Virus genome (UHGV): UHGV-0072281
DNA: 64,000 nucleotides
Direction: 5' to 3' (one strand)
Source of the DNA: a virus
Below are positions 27,786-37,455 of this stretch, piece by piece. The notes under the pieces are model-generated. The model saw only the letters and a list, made by a program, of their open reading frames with translations, did not search any database and was not told where the DNA came from. A program made the translations under genes and the position numbers. Each line of letters begins with the position of its first letter. Position 1 is the first letter of the stretch.

Positions 27786-29048
27786 ATGGCGAATTTCTAC
27801 AAAAACAAAATTGCTCGTGAGTCAATGGAAGCGAACTCTACTGTCGTTCCAGATGGTATTGAGCTGCCAGCAGAGTCTATCGAAGGTACTCTGGCTGATA
27901 TCGAGCACGACACTAAACCGATCGAAGCGCTGGACGCTGACGCAGAGCTGCTGGCGGAAGACGGCGACGAAACCGATGCGCAGCTGGACGTTCTGGACGA
28001 AGCTCAGGCTTCCGCTGACGGCGAAGGTGGTGAAGATGGCGACGATCAGATGGACGCTGAAGAAGACATGCCGGACGACGCTGCTAAAGCGCTGGATGTT
28101 GCTCAGGAATCCATCCGTTCTCGCTGGAACTTCGAACACCGTTCTTCCGTTGCTCACGAATCTTACGGCGCTCGTAACCGTCGTCAGGTTGCTCGTGAAT
28201 CCCTGTGGGACGACATTAAAGCCTTCCTGAAACGTTTCTGGGAATGGCTGAAAGAGCAAGGCCGCAAACTGAAAGATCGTTGGCTGAAATTCCACAACCA
28301 GGGTAAATCTATCCAGGCTCGTGCGAAGAAATACGACGAAGCTATTCGTAAACTGGGCAAACAGAAGAAAGATGAAATCTCCGGTGGTTTCATCAAGTGC
28401 CTGTCTGTTGACGGTAAGTTCGTTGGTAACGATGTACCACGTCTGAAAGACGCGATGAGCCGTGTTTCTTCTTTCTACAGCAAACACGTTCCAACTCTGC
28501 TGGCTTCTGGTACCGCTCTGGTTGCAGACGTATCCAAAGCTAACGGTGCTCAGGCTGAGCAACTGCGTGCTGAATTTGCTGCGCTTTCTAAAGAAGATGG
28601 CGACAAAGAATTCCGCCTGGGCAACATGGTTATGCAGACCAACTTCGATGAAGATGGTGGCTTTAGCTTCACTCACGTTGAAGCAGAAAATGCTGTTGAA
28701 ACCAGCGTGAAAACTCCGTCTGTAAGCGAACTGGCTAAACTGAACGGTTTCTTCACCGATCTGGGTAAACAGATTGAGAAGAACGTTCTCGAATACCGTA
28801 AGACCGAGCAGGCTCGTGAGAAGTTCGCTCAGTCTATCGAGAAACTGCTGAAAGAAATCGATAACGTCAAGATCGATGAAAAACCAGAACTGACTGAAGG
28901 CGTACGTGTTGCACGTCGCTATGTTAACAGCATTCGCAGCGCAGTATCCCTGTGCGAGAAAGTTGTTGCTTCTGCTCAGAAAAACCTGGTTAGCGGCGTT
29001 AGCGGTTATATCAGCGCCGGTATCGCAGCGTACGAAAAGTCTAAGTAA
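27786..29048 (+). CDS. abundant paralogous protein 2, putative processed head/internal protein
   Basis: Shares MANF..ARESMEA, VAQESI..RWN, RAKKY..RKLGKQK.D.ISGGFI, VKTPSVSE and AYEKSK with 26434-27705. Codon bias is strong. Confidence 0.85.
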   Translation: MANFYKNKIARESMEANSTVVPDGIELPAESIEGTLADIEHDTKPIEALDADAELLAEDGDETDAQLDVLDEAQASADGEGGEDGDDQMDAEEDMPDDAAKALDVAQESIRSRWNFEHRSSVAHESYGARNRRQVARESLWDDIKAFLKRFWEWLKEQGRKLKDRWLKFHNQGKSIQARAKKYDEAIRKLGKQKKDEISGGFIKCLSVDGKFVGNDVPRLKDAMSRVSSFYSKHVPTLLASGTALVADVSKANGAQAEQLRAEFAALSKEDGDKEFRLGNMVMQTNFDEDGGFSFTHVEAENAVETSVKTPSVSELAKLNGFFTDLGKQIEKNVLEYRKTEQAREKFAQSIEKLLKEIDNVKIDEKPELTEGVRVARRYVNSIRSAVSLCEKVVASAQKNLVSGVSGYISAGIAAYEKSK

Positions 29049-29068
29049 TCGTTGATTATTTAGCGTAG

Positions 29069-29113
29069 AATCACCCCGCGATGCGGGGTGATTTCTTTTT
29101 TCTTTTTTTTTTT
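29069..29113 (+). terminator. intrinsic terminator
   Basis: aatcaccccgc-gat-gcggggtgatt hairpin followed by a long T-run. Confidence 0.9.
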
Positions 29114-29126
29114 CGATTAAAAATAA

Positions 29127-29153
29127 TTTCAGATATATATTACTTAAGTGAGA
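29127..29153 (+). promoter_or_regulatory. candidate phage promoter (AT-rich, TATATTAC-containing)
   Basis: tttcagatatatattacttaagtgaga matches 37382-37408 at 26 of 27 positions. It lies just after a terminator and upstream of a gene, and is followed by the inverted repeat gagattac-aca-gtaatctc. Confidence 0.6.
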
Positions 29154-29203
29154 TTACACAGTAATCTCTTTACGACTTGTTTATTACGTTTAGGAGAAAT
29201 ATC

Positions 29204-29845
29204 ATGAGCCGCATTAATTTAACTGATTTTGTTGATGGTGTTGTAACTTTAGAAAGCAAAGGCGCGACCTTAGTTGCTCCGAATGCCAAAGTGCTGGATT
29301 TAAATCCTGTAGAAGTGATTGCTATTTCTACTTGGTTACGTTTGTCTTACGACAAGAAATTCGAAGGGTTAGAGAAAGAATCTCTAACTGTCAATACTCG
29401 TGAGTTTGTCTTTAAAGAAATCGACAGCGAAAAATTGGAAGCTTTCTCAAAACAGATGGTTAATCCACGTACAGACGGTGATGTCGGTATGCGCGAATAC
29501 AGTGGTGAAAAATACCATGCGTTTACTGATGCCCATGTTGCGTTGTGTGAGAAAGGTGAAGGGAGATTCGTTGCTGTTTGTTTCTTCCATTTAATCGCGC
29601 CGAAACAGAAAGATTTGCTGTTTGAAATCGCGAAGGATTCGGCAGAAGCGGTTATGGATACGATTGTTGAACTTTTCGAAGCGATGCGTGATATTCCGCG
29701 TGTGTTAGAAGTAAGTGAGGGACCTATGGATAGCTTTAAAATTCTACCATTGATTTATAGTAAGGACCATGAAGAGGAATGTACATTCGTCCTGTTCAAT
29801 GGTTCGATGGCTGCGTCTGTAAAACAGTTCGCTGCATCCATTTAA
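29204..29845 (+). CDS. hypothetical protein (about 213 aa)
   Basis: ATG 29204 is preceded by TAGGAGAA. The track start TTG 29177 has no SD. Confidence 0.75.
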   Translation: MSRINLTDFVDGVVTLESKGATLVAPNAKVLDLNPVEVIAISTWLRLSYDKKFEGLEKESLTVNTREFVFKEIDSEKLEAFSKQMVNPRTDGDVGMREYSGEKYHAFTDAHVALCEKGEGRFVAVCFFHLIAPKQKDLLFEIAKDSAEAVMDTIVELFEAMRDIPRVLEVSEGPMDSFKILPLIYSKDHEEECTFVLFNGSMAASVKQFAASI

Positions 29846-29850
29846 ATACA

Positions 29851-29879
29851 AAGCCCTCCGTAGAGGGCTTTTATTTTTT
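29851..29879 (+). terminator. intrinsic terminator
   Basis: aagccctc-cgta-gagggctt hairpin followed by ttattttttc. Confidence 0.8.
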
Positions 29880-29899
29880 CGACCTTTAGGAGAATAGAA

Positions 29900-30451
29900 A
29901 TGAACAAATTTAATATCTTAGACGCTAAAATCGTATCCGAGTCTTCTATTCAGCAAGAAATCTTTCGTGTTCAGTTCGGCGAGAAAGTTCTGAATATCCC
30001 ACGTCCCGTTATGATTGGCTTAGCGATATTCGTTAACAACAGCCATTGCAACGGTTCGGCGTTGTCAGTTCTTGAGTACGGTGACTATCAGTTTTATATT
30101 CCAGAGCATCTCGAGTATAACCGTTTTATTGAACTTAAACCGTTCTATAAATTCATGCTTGATGCAGGGTATTCGATTCTAACCAAAACGTATATTCGTG
30201 ACTACTCGAAGTTAGAATCTTTCTATCGTGCCCGTGGTCTTCGTGTCCCGCAACCGTTTGACGGATACCAGACCCGCGTTGTGTTAACTGCGCCGTTAAC
30301 GAAAGAACTGGCTTCCTATAAACTGGATATCGAGCAGAAACTACTGCGTGACGACTTACTGAAAATCTATAACCAGTTGTCCGTGGTACCTTCTTCAACT
30401 GTCTCGAACATTGAACCAGAGTACGGAATAAGACAATACAAGGAAGGTTAA
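29900..30451 (+). CDS. hypothetical protein (183 aa)
   Basis: ORF with TAGGAGAA upstream of the ATG. Confidence 0.75.
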   Translation: MNKFNILDAKIVSESSIQQEIFRVQFGEKVLNIPRPVMIGLAIFVNNSHCNGSALSVLEYGDYQFYIPEHLEYNRFIELKPFYKFMLDAGYSILTKTYIRDYSKLESFYRARGLRVPQPFDGYQTRVVLTAPLTKELASYKLDIEQKLLRDDLLKIYNQLSVVPSSTVSNIEPEYGIRQYKEG

Positions 30452-30452
30452 G

Positions 30453-30758
30453 ATGAAACCGAGAGCCGACCGAGTAGACGTAATACATTTTGAAGAGTGT
30501 GAAACCGAGTATCAGGTTAAACGCACTGATTTACGTTTAGTTATTCCTAAGCTAAACGAACCTGAGTGGAACGGCGAGCTGATGGTACCGCTTGCCGAAC
30601 CAATTAAAACGGGGACAGGCGAGATTAATTATCTCCATTTAGAAGCCGCCGGACGCAAAGTAACCGTTTGGCATCTTGCTGACGGTTACAAAACCAGTCA
30701 GCTTACACGTAAAGCATTTATTCGGAAATTAAGAAAGTCGACGGGAGTTGTGAAATGA
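30453..30758 (+). CDS. hypothetical protein (101 aa)
   Basis: ORF with AAGGAAGG upstream. It is coupled to the DHFR gene (ATGA overlap). Confidence 0.7.
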   Translation: MKPRADRVDVIHFEECETEYQVKRTDLRLVIPKLNEPEWNGELMVPLAEPIKTGTGEINYLHLEAAGRKVTVWHLADGYKTSQLTRKAFIRKLRKSTGVVK

Positions 30759-31291
30759 CAGTTACTGTATCTTTGATTGCGGCAGCGGGACTTAATAATG
30801 AAATAGGGAAAGACAATAAACTCCCTTGGCATATTCCCGATGACTTGAAGAACTTCAAAGCACTTACGTCAGGTAAGGTTATTGTGATGGGACGTAAGAC
30901 GTGGGAGTCTTTGGGATGTAAACCTTTACCAAACCGACATCATTTTGTGCTAACAAGAAAGCCTGATGATTTGCCCACAATGAAAGGGGTAATTTATTCT
31001 AAAGGTAAAATGGAAGCGTTTATTGAATTTCTCAAAATAACGATCAAGGAAAAAGATTTTCCCAAGGAAATTTTTATCATCGGGGGCGCAGAAATTTACC
31101 GCCAGGCGTTGCCATATGCGGATAAGATCTATCTGTCGCGCGTAGAAGCTAAAGTTGACGGTGCGGATGCGTTCTTTCCTGAAATCGATCGCGATGAGTT
31201 TAAATTGGTTTATAACTTAACGCACTGCTCGAAACCAGAAAGTGGTATTCCGCGTTGGCATTATCAGATTTGGAAAAGAGATGGGCACTGA
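30755..31291 (+). CDS. folA: dihydrofolate reductase
   Basis: SLIAAAGLNNEIGKDNKLPWHIPDDLKNFKALTSGKVIVMGRKTWESLG..PLPNRHHFVLTR closely follows the FolA N-terminal pattern (ISLIAAL...MPW.LP.DL..FK..T....VIMGR.TWESIG.PLPGR.NI.L). Confidence 0.95.
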   Translation: MTVTVSLIAAAGLNNEIGKDNKLPWHIPDDLKNFKALTSGKVIVMGRKTWESLGCKPLPNRHHFVLTRKPDDLPTMKGVIYSKGKMEAFIEFLKITIKEKDFPKEIFIIGGAEIYRQALPYADKIYLSRVEAKVDGADAFFPEIDRDEFKLVYNLTHCSKPESGIPRWHYQIWKRDGH

Positions 31292-31577
31292 GTTTGTAAC
31301 CTTAGAAAAACTCTTTTTAGGCAGCGTCGCGAAAGGGAAGATAGCCAGTTTCACTTGGAACCGCACTCCCGTAAAATACGCGTTTCTACGTCGTTTACAC
31401 TACGAGAAAAGCATCAAGCTGGTCTTGGTCGTGTTGTTCGAAAACAAGCGTGGATTGTTGATTAATAATCATCGTTTTGCGGCGGAGATCTGGGCGACCA
31501 CATCTGGCGGCGAGGAAGCATCTGTTGGCTTTGCTAACGATGAGGTTATCTTTGAGGGTATACCTTATCTGTTATAG
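31281..31577 (+). CDS. hypothetical protein (about 98 aa)
   Basis: ATG 31281 overlaps the DHFR stop (ATGGGCACTGA). The track start GTG 31242 is less likely. Confidence 0.6.
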   Translation: MGTEFVTLEKLFLGSVAKGKIASFTWNRTPVKYAFLRRLHYEKSIKLVLVVLFENKRGLLINNHRFAAEIWATTSGGEEASVGFANDEVIFEGIPYLL

Positions 31578-31590
31578 CACAGATAAACGT

Positions 31591-31625
31591 AAAAGGGGAC
31601 TTCGGTTCCCTTTTATTTTTTTTTC
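31591..31625 (+). terminator. intrinsic terminator
   Basis: aaaaggggac-ttcg-gttccctttt hairpin with a UUCG loop, followed by a T-run. Confidence 0.8.
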
Positions 31626-31666
31626 ATTTCGCGCCTGTGATATGACTATAACGAAGGAACAAGCCA

Positions 31667-33175
31667 ATGCAACAGTATTTTGAAATTCCGTCGTTAGACG
31701 CGACCATTCGCAAACCGATAATCGATGGCGTTATACAACGTGTACTTAATGAATCAGGTATTGATAAAGCAGCGGTTGTTTTCCTTGATGAATTCAATAG
31801 CGCTCATCAACCCGATTCCACGTTAGGCGACGGTACAGAAGTTGAGTACAGCTCGCCTGAAAAGGTGTATGTTGAAGTAGAAGAAGAACGCGATGAGTGG
31901 GCCAGAATCAATCGTCAGGTTGGTCAGCAAGCCGAACCGTACTTCTTTGAAAACTCCGTCGATCAGGTGCGTGCCTGGCCCGTTAGAACGATGTATAACG
32001 TAACGGTGACGTTACGACGTACCAGTGCTTCTCGCGATGAGTTATTGCGCTGGACAAACCGTTTAGACTCGTTAGTGGACATGGGTCGCTATTCGACAAT
32101 GACCGAGTCAGAAGCGTTTTATTATATTCCGAAGCCAGCACTGAAATTGTTGAATGCCTGTTATGTCGCCGCAGGGACTCGTGTACCGACGTTTGACGAT
32201 TTTAAAGCCTATCTCAAGGCGTACTTTACACCCGACGTGTTTCGCGCTGCTAACGTTGCCGGTGGACAGGAATCTATTGCGGTTCGCTATGCACCTACTC
32301 GCTTAGAGACTGTATACGACGTTCAGACACCTGCCTGGGATAAAGACGAGAACCACTGGGAAGCTACATTCGTCGTGCGTTTCTCTTATCAACGTCCTGA
32401 AGAGATTGTGGTTTCGTATCCGTATATCATCAACCAGACACCGCTTCCTGATGAATATTGGCCAGAGATAGATCCACCGTGGGTGTCTAACGAAGAACTG
32501 GTGTATCGTCATCCGCAACAAAAGAATCTCGATTCAACGTGGTGGATTAACGAAACCCGTCAGTATATTCGTTTACCGTATCTACTGTCACCGACAGAAC
32601 AGTTCCACCGTACACATTCCCCGTTAAAAGATAAACTCTTACACGTTTTCGGAACAGACGTTGTATTTGATGAAGACAACATGAGCTCACCGAAAGTGTT
32701 ATCTGTGGAGGATTTACCGTACGAGTGGAATCCAGATTTGTTGCCGTATATCGAACACTGTCGAGCAATAGACCCTACCGGGCAGACAGGTGTCTTCCGT
32801 GTGGAGCTGTTCGAAGAAGGACAAATCATCGAACCGCGTTTCTATCATTGGGAAGACAATACCTTCTTTTTGAAAGGACGTGATTTAAAAGTTAACAAGA
32901 GTTACTACCTAACCGAATCGGTGATGTTCGACTGGCGAGGGATGAACCTGTGGCCACTCCAGCTCTATCCTAAAGCTGCGAAGGTGTTGATAGAATGGTT
33001 ATTTCCGAAATGGGATGTACCGGACTGGTGGTGGGATAAACCCGTATTACCGCCTAGTGTTGTCGACGACATTAATAAACTGATTCCTAACGTAGAAGCC
33101 CGCGTCTTGCTGACGGTGCTGAACTCGACTGTGATTACCATGCGAGGGACAGAGAATGCTCAAAGCGAAGCGTGA
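31667..33175 (+). CDS. hypothetical protein (502 aa)
   Basis: ORF with GAAGGAAC upstream of the ATG. Confidence 0.75.
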   Translation: MQQYFEIPSLDATIRKPIIDGVIQRVLNESGIDKAAVVFLDEFNSAHQPDSTLGDGTEVEYSSPEKVYVEVEEERDEWARINRQVGQQAEPYFFENSVDQVRAWPVRTMYNVTVTLRRTSASRDELLRWTNRLDSLVDMGRYSTMTESEAFYYIPKPALKLLNACYVAAGTRVPTFDDFKAYLKAYFTPDVFRAANVAGGQESIAVRYAPTRLETVYDVQTPAWDKDENHWEATFVVRFSYQRPEEIVVSYPYIINQTPLPDEYWPEIDPPWVSNEELVYRHPQQKNLDSTWWINETRQYIRLPYLLSPTEQFHRTHSPLKDKLLHVFGTDVVFDEDNMSSPKVLSVEDLPYEWNPDLLPYIEHCRAIDPTGQTGVFRVELFEEGQIIEPRFYHWEDNTFFLKGRDLKVNKSYYLTESVMFDWRGMNLWPLQLYPKAAKVLIEWLFPKWDVPDWWWDKPVLPPSVVDDINKLIPNVEARVLLTVLNSTVITMRGTENAQSEA

Positions 33176-34526
33176 TAAGCCGTCAACATTTGAACCCGTA
33201 GACCGGCCTATCCCCGAATTAAATAAACCACAGGACGGTGTAAAAGAAACCACCAATATCGTTACGCAACCCACACGTACAACCGTTACTGATTTAGACC
33301 GTATTCCAAAGCAATACCTAATGAAGTATCTGGAGGGGTCAGCGTGGACGGTGGACTTCTTTAACTTCCTGAAAGGAAGAAACGACGCCAAGAAGTTTTT
33401 CGATTCGAAAGTGCTTACACCTGACCAACAGGTGGAGAAAATCATCGGGTTGGAGCTGCGTGTAACGTCACCTCTCGACCGAAGCCAAGACACCACGAAC
33501 AAAACGTTCAGCATGTCAGGCGCTGCAACAATTGCAAACTCGATTATCCCTAACGAAGGTTGCTTTTTCATCGCCCCTATCGGTGACGGTCGTTTCGCGT
33601 TGTTTAACGTTACCAACGTTGTGCGTATGTCGAATAACAAAGTCGCGACGTACAACATTGAATACACGTTACTTTTCGAAGTTGACCCAGAAACCGCAGA
33701 AACGATTCGTCGTTGTACCGTACGTGAATACTACTACGTTGCAGAGCGTGCCTGGACAGGTGGTGATACACTTCTCACACCGAAAGAGTACCGTGCGTTC
33801 CTGGAAGTCGTTGACGCGATTGAAGACATTGAACAGACATATGTGAAACGTTTCTACGACGGTGAAACGGCCACGTTGTTGTTCCCACACGATCGTCACA
33901 GCGACGGTTTGCGTAGCCGTGCTTACTACGACGTGTTCTTAGCGCTGTTTGTGCGTGCGGTGGGGTTACGTACCGTAGGTAAGGATATTCAGATTTATCC
34001 GCATCCACCGATGAACGTGGAAGACATTGAAACGGTGTGGACAGCGCTGCTGCAACAGTCGCCAACGTTCTTAGCAGATTACAAACGTGACAGCACGGTG
34101 TGGCAAACGAAAACTTTCCGTACGATGCAACATCGTAACTCGGTAACGTGGTCGTTGATCTCTGATACCCGGTTCTTTACGGAAGAGTTAAAGCCAGGTT
34201 ACGGGATGGCGCAACGTTTCCCCGGTCAGTGGCCAGAATGGAAACCATTTGAACCGGTTGAAGTTGAAAACTATCGTGGGAACGAAGGGGAGTCTATTCC
34301 GGCCTTCCTACCACTGTCCTTTAAACCGTATTTGCTGAGCGAGACGTTCTACGACGGTTCTTACAGTTCGTTGTTGGAATACGGCTTGTACTTGTATCTG
34401 CATAAACGTCCGCTACCGTCGGTAATTGCGTTAAAACTGTTTGAGGAAGTTTATAAGCTCCCGAAAGACGCACAGTTCTATTACATTCCGATGGTGTATC
34501 TGCTTTTAAGATATTCGAGGGATTAA
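33156..34526 (+). CDS. hypothetical protein (456 aa)
   Basis: ORF overlapping the previous gene by 20 nt. Confidence 0.75.
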   Translation: MLKAKRDKPSTFEPVDRPIPELNKPQDGVKETTNIVTQPTRTTVTDLDRIPKQYLMKYLEGSAWTVDFFNFLKGRNDAKKFFDSKVLTPDQQVEKIIGLELRVTSPLDRSQDTTNKTFSMSGAATIANSIIPNEGCFFIAPIGDGRFALFNVTNVVRMSNNKVATYNIEYTLLFEVDPETAETIRRCTVREYYYVAERAWTGGDTLLTPKEYRAFLEVVDAIEDIEQTYVKRFYDGETATLLFPHDRHSDGLRSRAYYDVFLALFVRAVGLRTVGKDIQIYPHPPMNVEDIETVWTALLQQSPTFLADYKRDSTVWQTKTFRTMQHRNSVTWSLISDTRFFTEELKPGYGMAQRFPGQWPEWKPFEPVEVENYRGNEGESIPAFLPLSFKPYLLSETFYDGSYSSLLEYGLYLYLHKRPLPSVIALKLFEEVYKLPKDAQFYYIPMVYLLLRYSRD

Positions 34527-34527
34527 T

Positions 34528-35067
34528 GTGTCAGTGAAACGTAGTGCGGCATTTATGCTGTTCCATAAGTGGGTAGCATGGCGGGTTCCTGAATGGACAA
34601 CCATTACCCAGTATATGTCGCAAGAACACGGATTGTTCTTGCCGAATGACGAAAAGAAAGCACGAGCGATTTTGTTGAATAAGAAAACGGTGTATATGCG
34701 GCCATTTGAAGTGGCGGTGTATGCAGAGACCGGTGCTGCGTTAGATGTTCACGATCCGAATGATGGTATTATCGTTTACGGGTATATCATGGAACACCTA
34801 GCAGATTGGTTACATTACATGCAAGAGCCTCATCTGACGACGCGTAAAGTGCCGATAGAAGGACTCCGCCAGTTCAACGCCTTAGCATGTAAACTTTTTC
34901 CCGTTGCTAACCGATACGGTTATTTTAAGAAACCGGAAGTGACGATGGCGACGTCGGTACAAGCGTTATTTGGAGAGGTGCGTTTAGAAACGCAGCAACA
35001 CCGTTTTAACGATACGATAATGCGTCGCATAGAAGCGATTTATCGTAAAAGGGGAGGTATACTGTAA
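34528..35067 (+). CDS. hypothetical protein (179 aa)
   Basis: GTG start immediately after the previous stop, with GAGGGA upstream. Confidence 0.65.
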   Translation: MSVKRSAAFMLFHKWVAWRVPEWTTITQYMSQEHGLFLPNDEKKARAILLNKKTVYMRPFEVAVYAETGAALDVHDPNDGIIVYGYIMEHLADWLHYMQEPHLTTRKVPIEGLRQFNALACKLFPVANRYGYFKKPEVTMATSVQALFGEVRLETQQHRFNDTIMRRIEAIYRKRGGIL

Positions 35068-36386
35068 TGTCGTTTGGTCGGTTACAGAACATAGCAAACG
35101 TGCACATTGCACAAGCGGCGGGATTACCGGCCATCGAATACGTGCCTATCATTACGGTACGTGGCACAGTTATCAGCGTATTCAAAACGTTGTCGATAAT
35201 CCATGCCAGTAACTTCGCACAGGACTTAACGACTATCACCCATCTTACCGTGATGATACCGTTAAGCCAACAGCGTGTGTTAACGTCTTCCGCAGACGGG
35301 GATTTGTCCGTGAAAATTCTAATGCGGACAATGAACAAGAAAACCGTTGCGAAACTCGACTATCGGGGTATCGTCGTGAACAACCACGATCCCGATATGG
35401 AATCGCCCACGATGTTCTTAGGTGAGTCTGACCAGAAAGCGTTAGCGGTCGTCACCCTGGAGTTGATGGACGAGTCGATGTGGTTCTTACGTTGCCGTCA
35501 AGTCGGTGGGATTTATCACGAGACAGATGGTCTTAGTGTTGTTCGTGCACTGCTGGCAGATACGTTACCTACTGGTGATGCGCCAGAAGGCCAGTTGGTG
35601 GGTGTGGAGTACGAGGAAGAGGAGCAACAGCCCTATCGGGATATTTTGATTCCTGACTCGGAAAGTTTCCTGTCCGTGTTCGATTACCTTCAGAATCGTT
35701 ACGGGGTTTATAGTCAAGGTCTGGGGGTGTTCCTCTACAAACACCGTTGGTATATTTTCCAACCTTGGGACTCTAAGAAGTTTTCATCAGCGAAGAATAA
35801 GCTGGTGATTATAAACCTACCGAAAGAGAAAGCAGCGTATCTGAATAAGACCTGCCACATTGACGGTGACGTGATTTACCTGATATGTGGTGGTGATGTC
35901 CACACCTTCGAAGATAAAGACTCCTTAGCACTAAACCAAGGTACCGGTTATCGTGTGGGGTCTATCCGTGCGTTGGATGGCCGTGCGTCTTCTTTCTCGT
36001 CAGGCGATGTTTCTGCTACAACGTCAGATTCGTTCGTGTCAGCGGCTGATCCGACGCAATATCCAGGTGGGGTAGTTAACGCACCAATAGACCCGAACCA
36101 ACACTTCTCGGATACGGATAAACCGCAACGGTCTAAGTTGGCGGCGGCGAAAGGGACGCTAACAGCAACAACCTGGAACGCATCAACGTACGGCTTACTC
36201 CGTCCTGGGATGGCAGTAAAATACATTTATGCGAATAACTATGGTGTATACACGCGTTACGGAACATTAGTTGCAGAAGTTTTCCAAGGTGCAATTGATG
36301 GTGGTTCAGCGGCTTCACCACGGTTTAATACCATTAGTCAGTTGACGTTGTGGCTGACTAATGAAAATTTTACATCCACAACGTAA
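35067..36386 (+). CDS. hypothetical protein (439 aa)
   Basis: ATG overlaps the previous stop (TAATG), with GGGGAGG upstream. Confidence 0.75.
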   Translation: MSFGRLQNIANVHIAQAAGLPAIEYVPIITVRGTVISVFKTLSIIHASNFAQDLTTITHLTVMIPLSQQRVLTSSADGDLSVKILMRTMNKKTVAKLDYRGIVVNNHDPDMESPTMFLGESDQKALAVVTLELMDESMWFLRCRQVGGIYHETDGLSVVRALLADTLPTGDAPEGQLVGVEYEEEEQQPYRDILIPDSESFLSVFDYLQNRYGVYSQGLGVFLYKHRWYIFQPWDSKKFSSAKNKLVIINLPKEKAAYLNKTCHIDGDVIYLICGGDVHTFEDKDSLALNQGTGYRVGSIRALDGRASSFSSGDVSATTSDSFVSAADPTQYPGGVVNAPIDPNQHFSDTDKPQRSKLAAAKGTLTATTWNASTYGLLRPGMAVKYIYANNYGVYTRYGTLVAEVFQGAIDGGSAASPRFNTISQLTLWLTNENFTSTT

Positions 36387-36418
36387 GTTATGTCGACAGC
36401 AACCTAAAGGATTTGTTA

Positions 36419-37219
36419 ATGAGCAATTTACTTACTTTCCGCATGTCTGGTCAAACGTTAATGCAGATTGACGAGTACGAAAAAGAACATTTCGCTAAAC
36501 CGTCCAAACTGTTAGAACGTTGCTTAAAGGTTATTCCAGGCGGCGAGCACTGTCAGCTAGATTTCGTCATGGCGTCTTCTGCTGACAAAACGGTCTCTGT
36601 TATCTACACGGTTGACGGAGTACAGGGCCATCGCTTATTACCGATTGAAGAAAAAGGTTCTTTGGGTAATTTGTTGTTCTTGCACGCAATCACGACTGCG
36701 GTAGTGACGGGAGCACTGGGAGCGCAGTACGGTTTCGCCTATTGTTATTTCTACGCACAGAAGTTGGCGAATGCGGTAGTTCCAGGAGAACCAGAAACGT
36801 ATCCGAAGTATATCGAACGTTTGCTTCCGACGCATTTTGCTGAGTCTGACGACTATGAGTTCAATGCTTTCCGTTTCACGATGATTGGCGAAGCACGCGA
36901 TCCTGAAAACACCATTGCGTTACGTGCTGTTGTTCGTTACGCAGTAATTTCGTCTGACAGCGGAATGGCAAGCAACTTCAACGAAGTGTTCCCGGTTATG
37001 CAACTAGGTCCGTATATCACGTTTAACGCGTATGTACCGTTTACTTGTCAGTTAATCGGCCCGCAGGATAATGATTCTATCCTCCCGATTACTGAAGAGA
37101 AAGGTCTACATATTCGTGATGCCGTAGAAGTCATCAACGATAAACGTTTTACGATCTCATCGAAAAGCGGCATCGCCGATGAAGAACTTGCGGTTGTGAA
37201 CAAAATGCAAGTGATGTAA
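36419..37219 (+). CDS. hypothetical protein (about 266 aa)
   Basis: ATG 36419 is preceded by AAAGGA. The track start TTG 36413 is less likely. Confidence 0.7.
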   Translation: MSNLLTFRMSGQTLMQIDEYEKEHFAKPSKLLERCLKVIPGGEHCQLDFVMASSADKTVSVIYTVDGVQGHRLLPIEEKGSLGNLLFLHAITTAVVTGALGAQYGFAYCYFYAQKLANAVVPGEPETYPKYIERLLPTHFAESDDYEFNAFRFTMIGEARDPENTIALRAVVRYAVISSDSGMASNFNEVFPVMQLGPYITFNAYVPFTCQLIGPQDNDSILPITEEKGLHIRDAVEVINDKRFTISSKSGIADEELAVVNKMQVM

Positions 37220-37223
37220 AATT

Positions 37224-37263
37224 ATCCCGTTACCCACAAAGGTAACGGGATGTCCTTTTATTT
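37224..37263 (+). terminator. intrinsic terminator
   Basis: atcccgttacc-cacaaa-ggtaacgggat hairpin followed by gtccttttattt. Confidence 0.8.
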
Positions 37264-37381
37264 ACTCGTAAACGCGTCTTAGACGCTGTTTTACACCTTA
37301 AGACGATTAATGGTGTTTAAAAAATAAAAGGTCGTCAGAATGCGATACAGCGCGTTTTAGAGGGTGTTTTAATTAAAATAT

Positions 37382-37408
37382 TTTCAGATATATATTACTT
37401 AGGTGAGA
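37382..37408 (+). promoter_or_regulatory. candidate phage promoter (second copy of the TATATTAC element)
   Basis: tttcagatatatattacttaggtgaga matches 29127-29153 at 26 of 27 positions. The A/T-rich upstream flank is similar, and the palindrome attacgtaat follows downstream. Confidence 0.6.
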
Positions 37409-37455
37409 GAATTACGTAATACTCATTTATCGTATACCTAATTAGGAGCTATATC

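Noticed and set aside
26725-28676. Antisense ORFs of 283 and 284 aa (26725-27576 and 27822-28676), plus overlapping sense-strand alternative-frame ORFs
   Set aside because: These are shadow frames of the two highly codon-biased paralogs. They have no SD or terminator of their own and an implausible composition.
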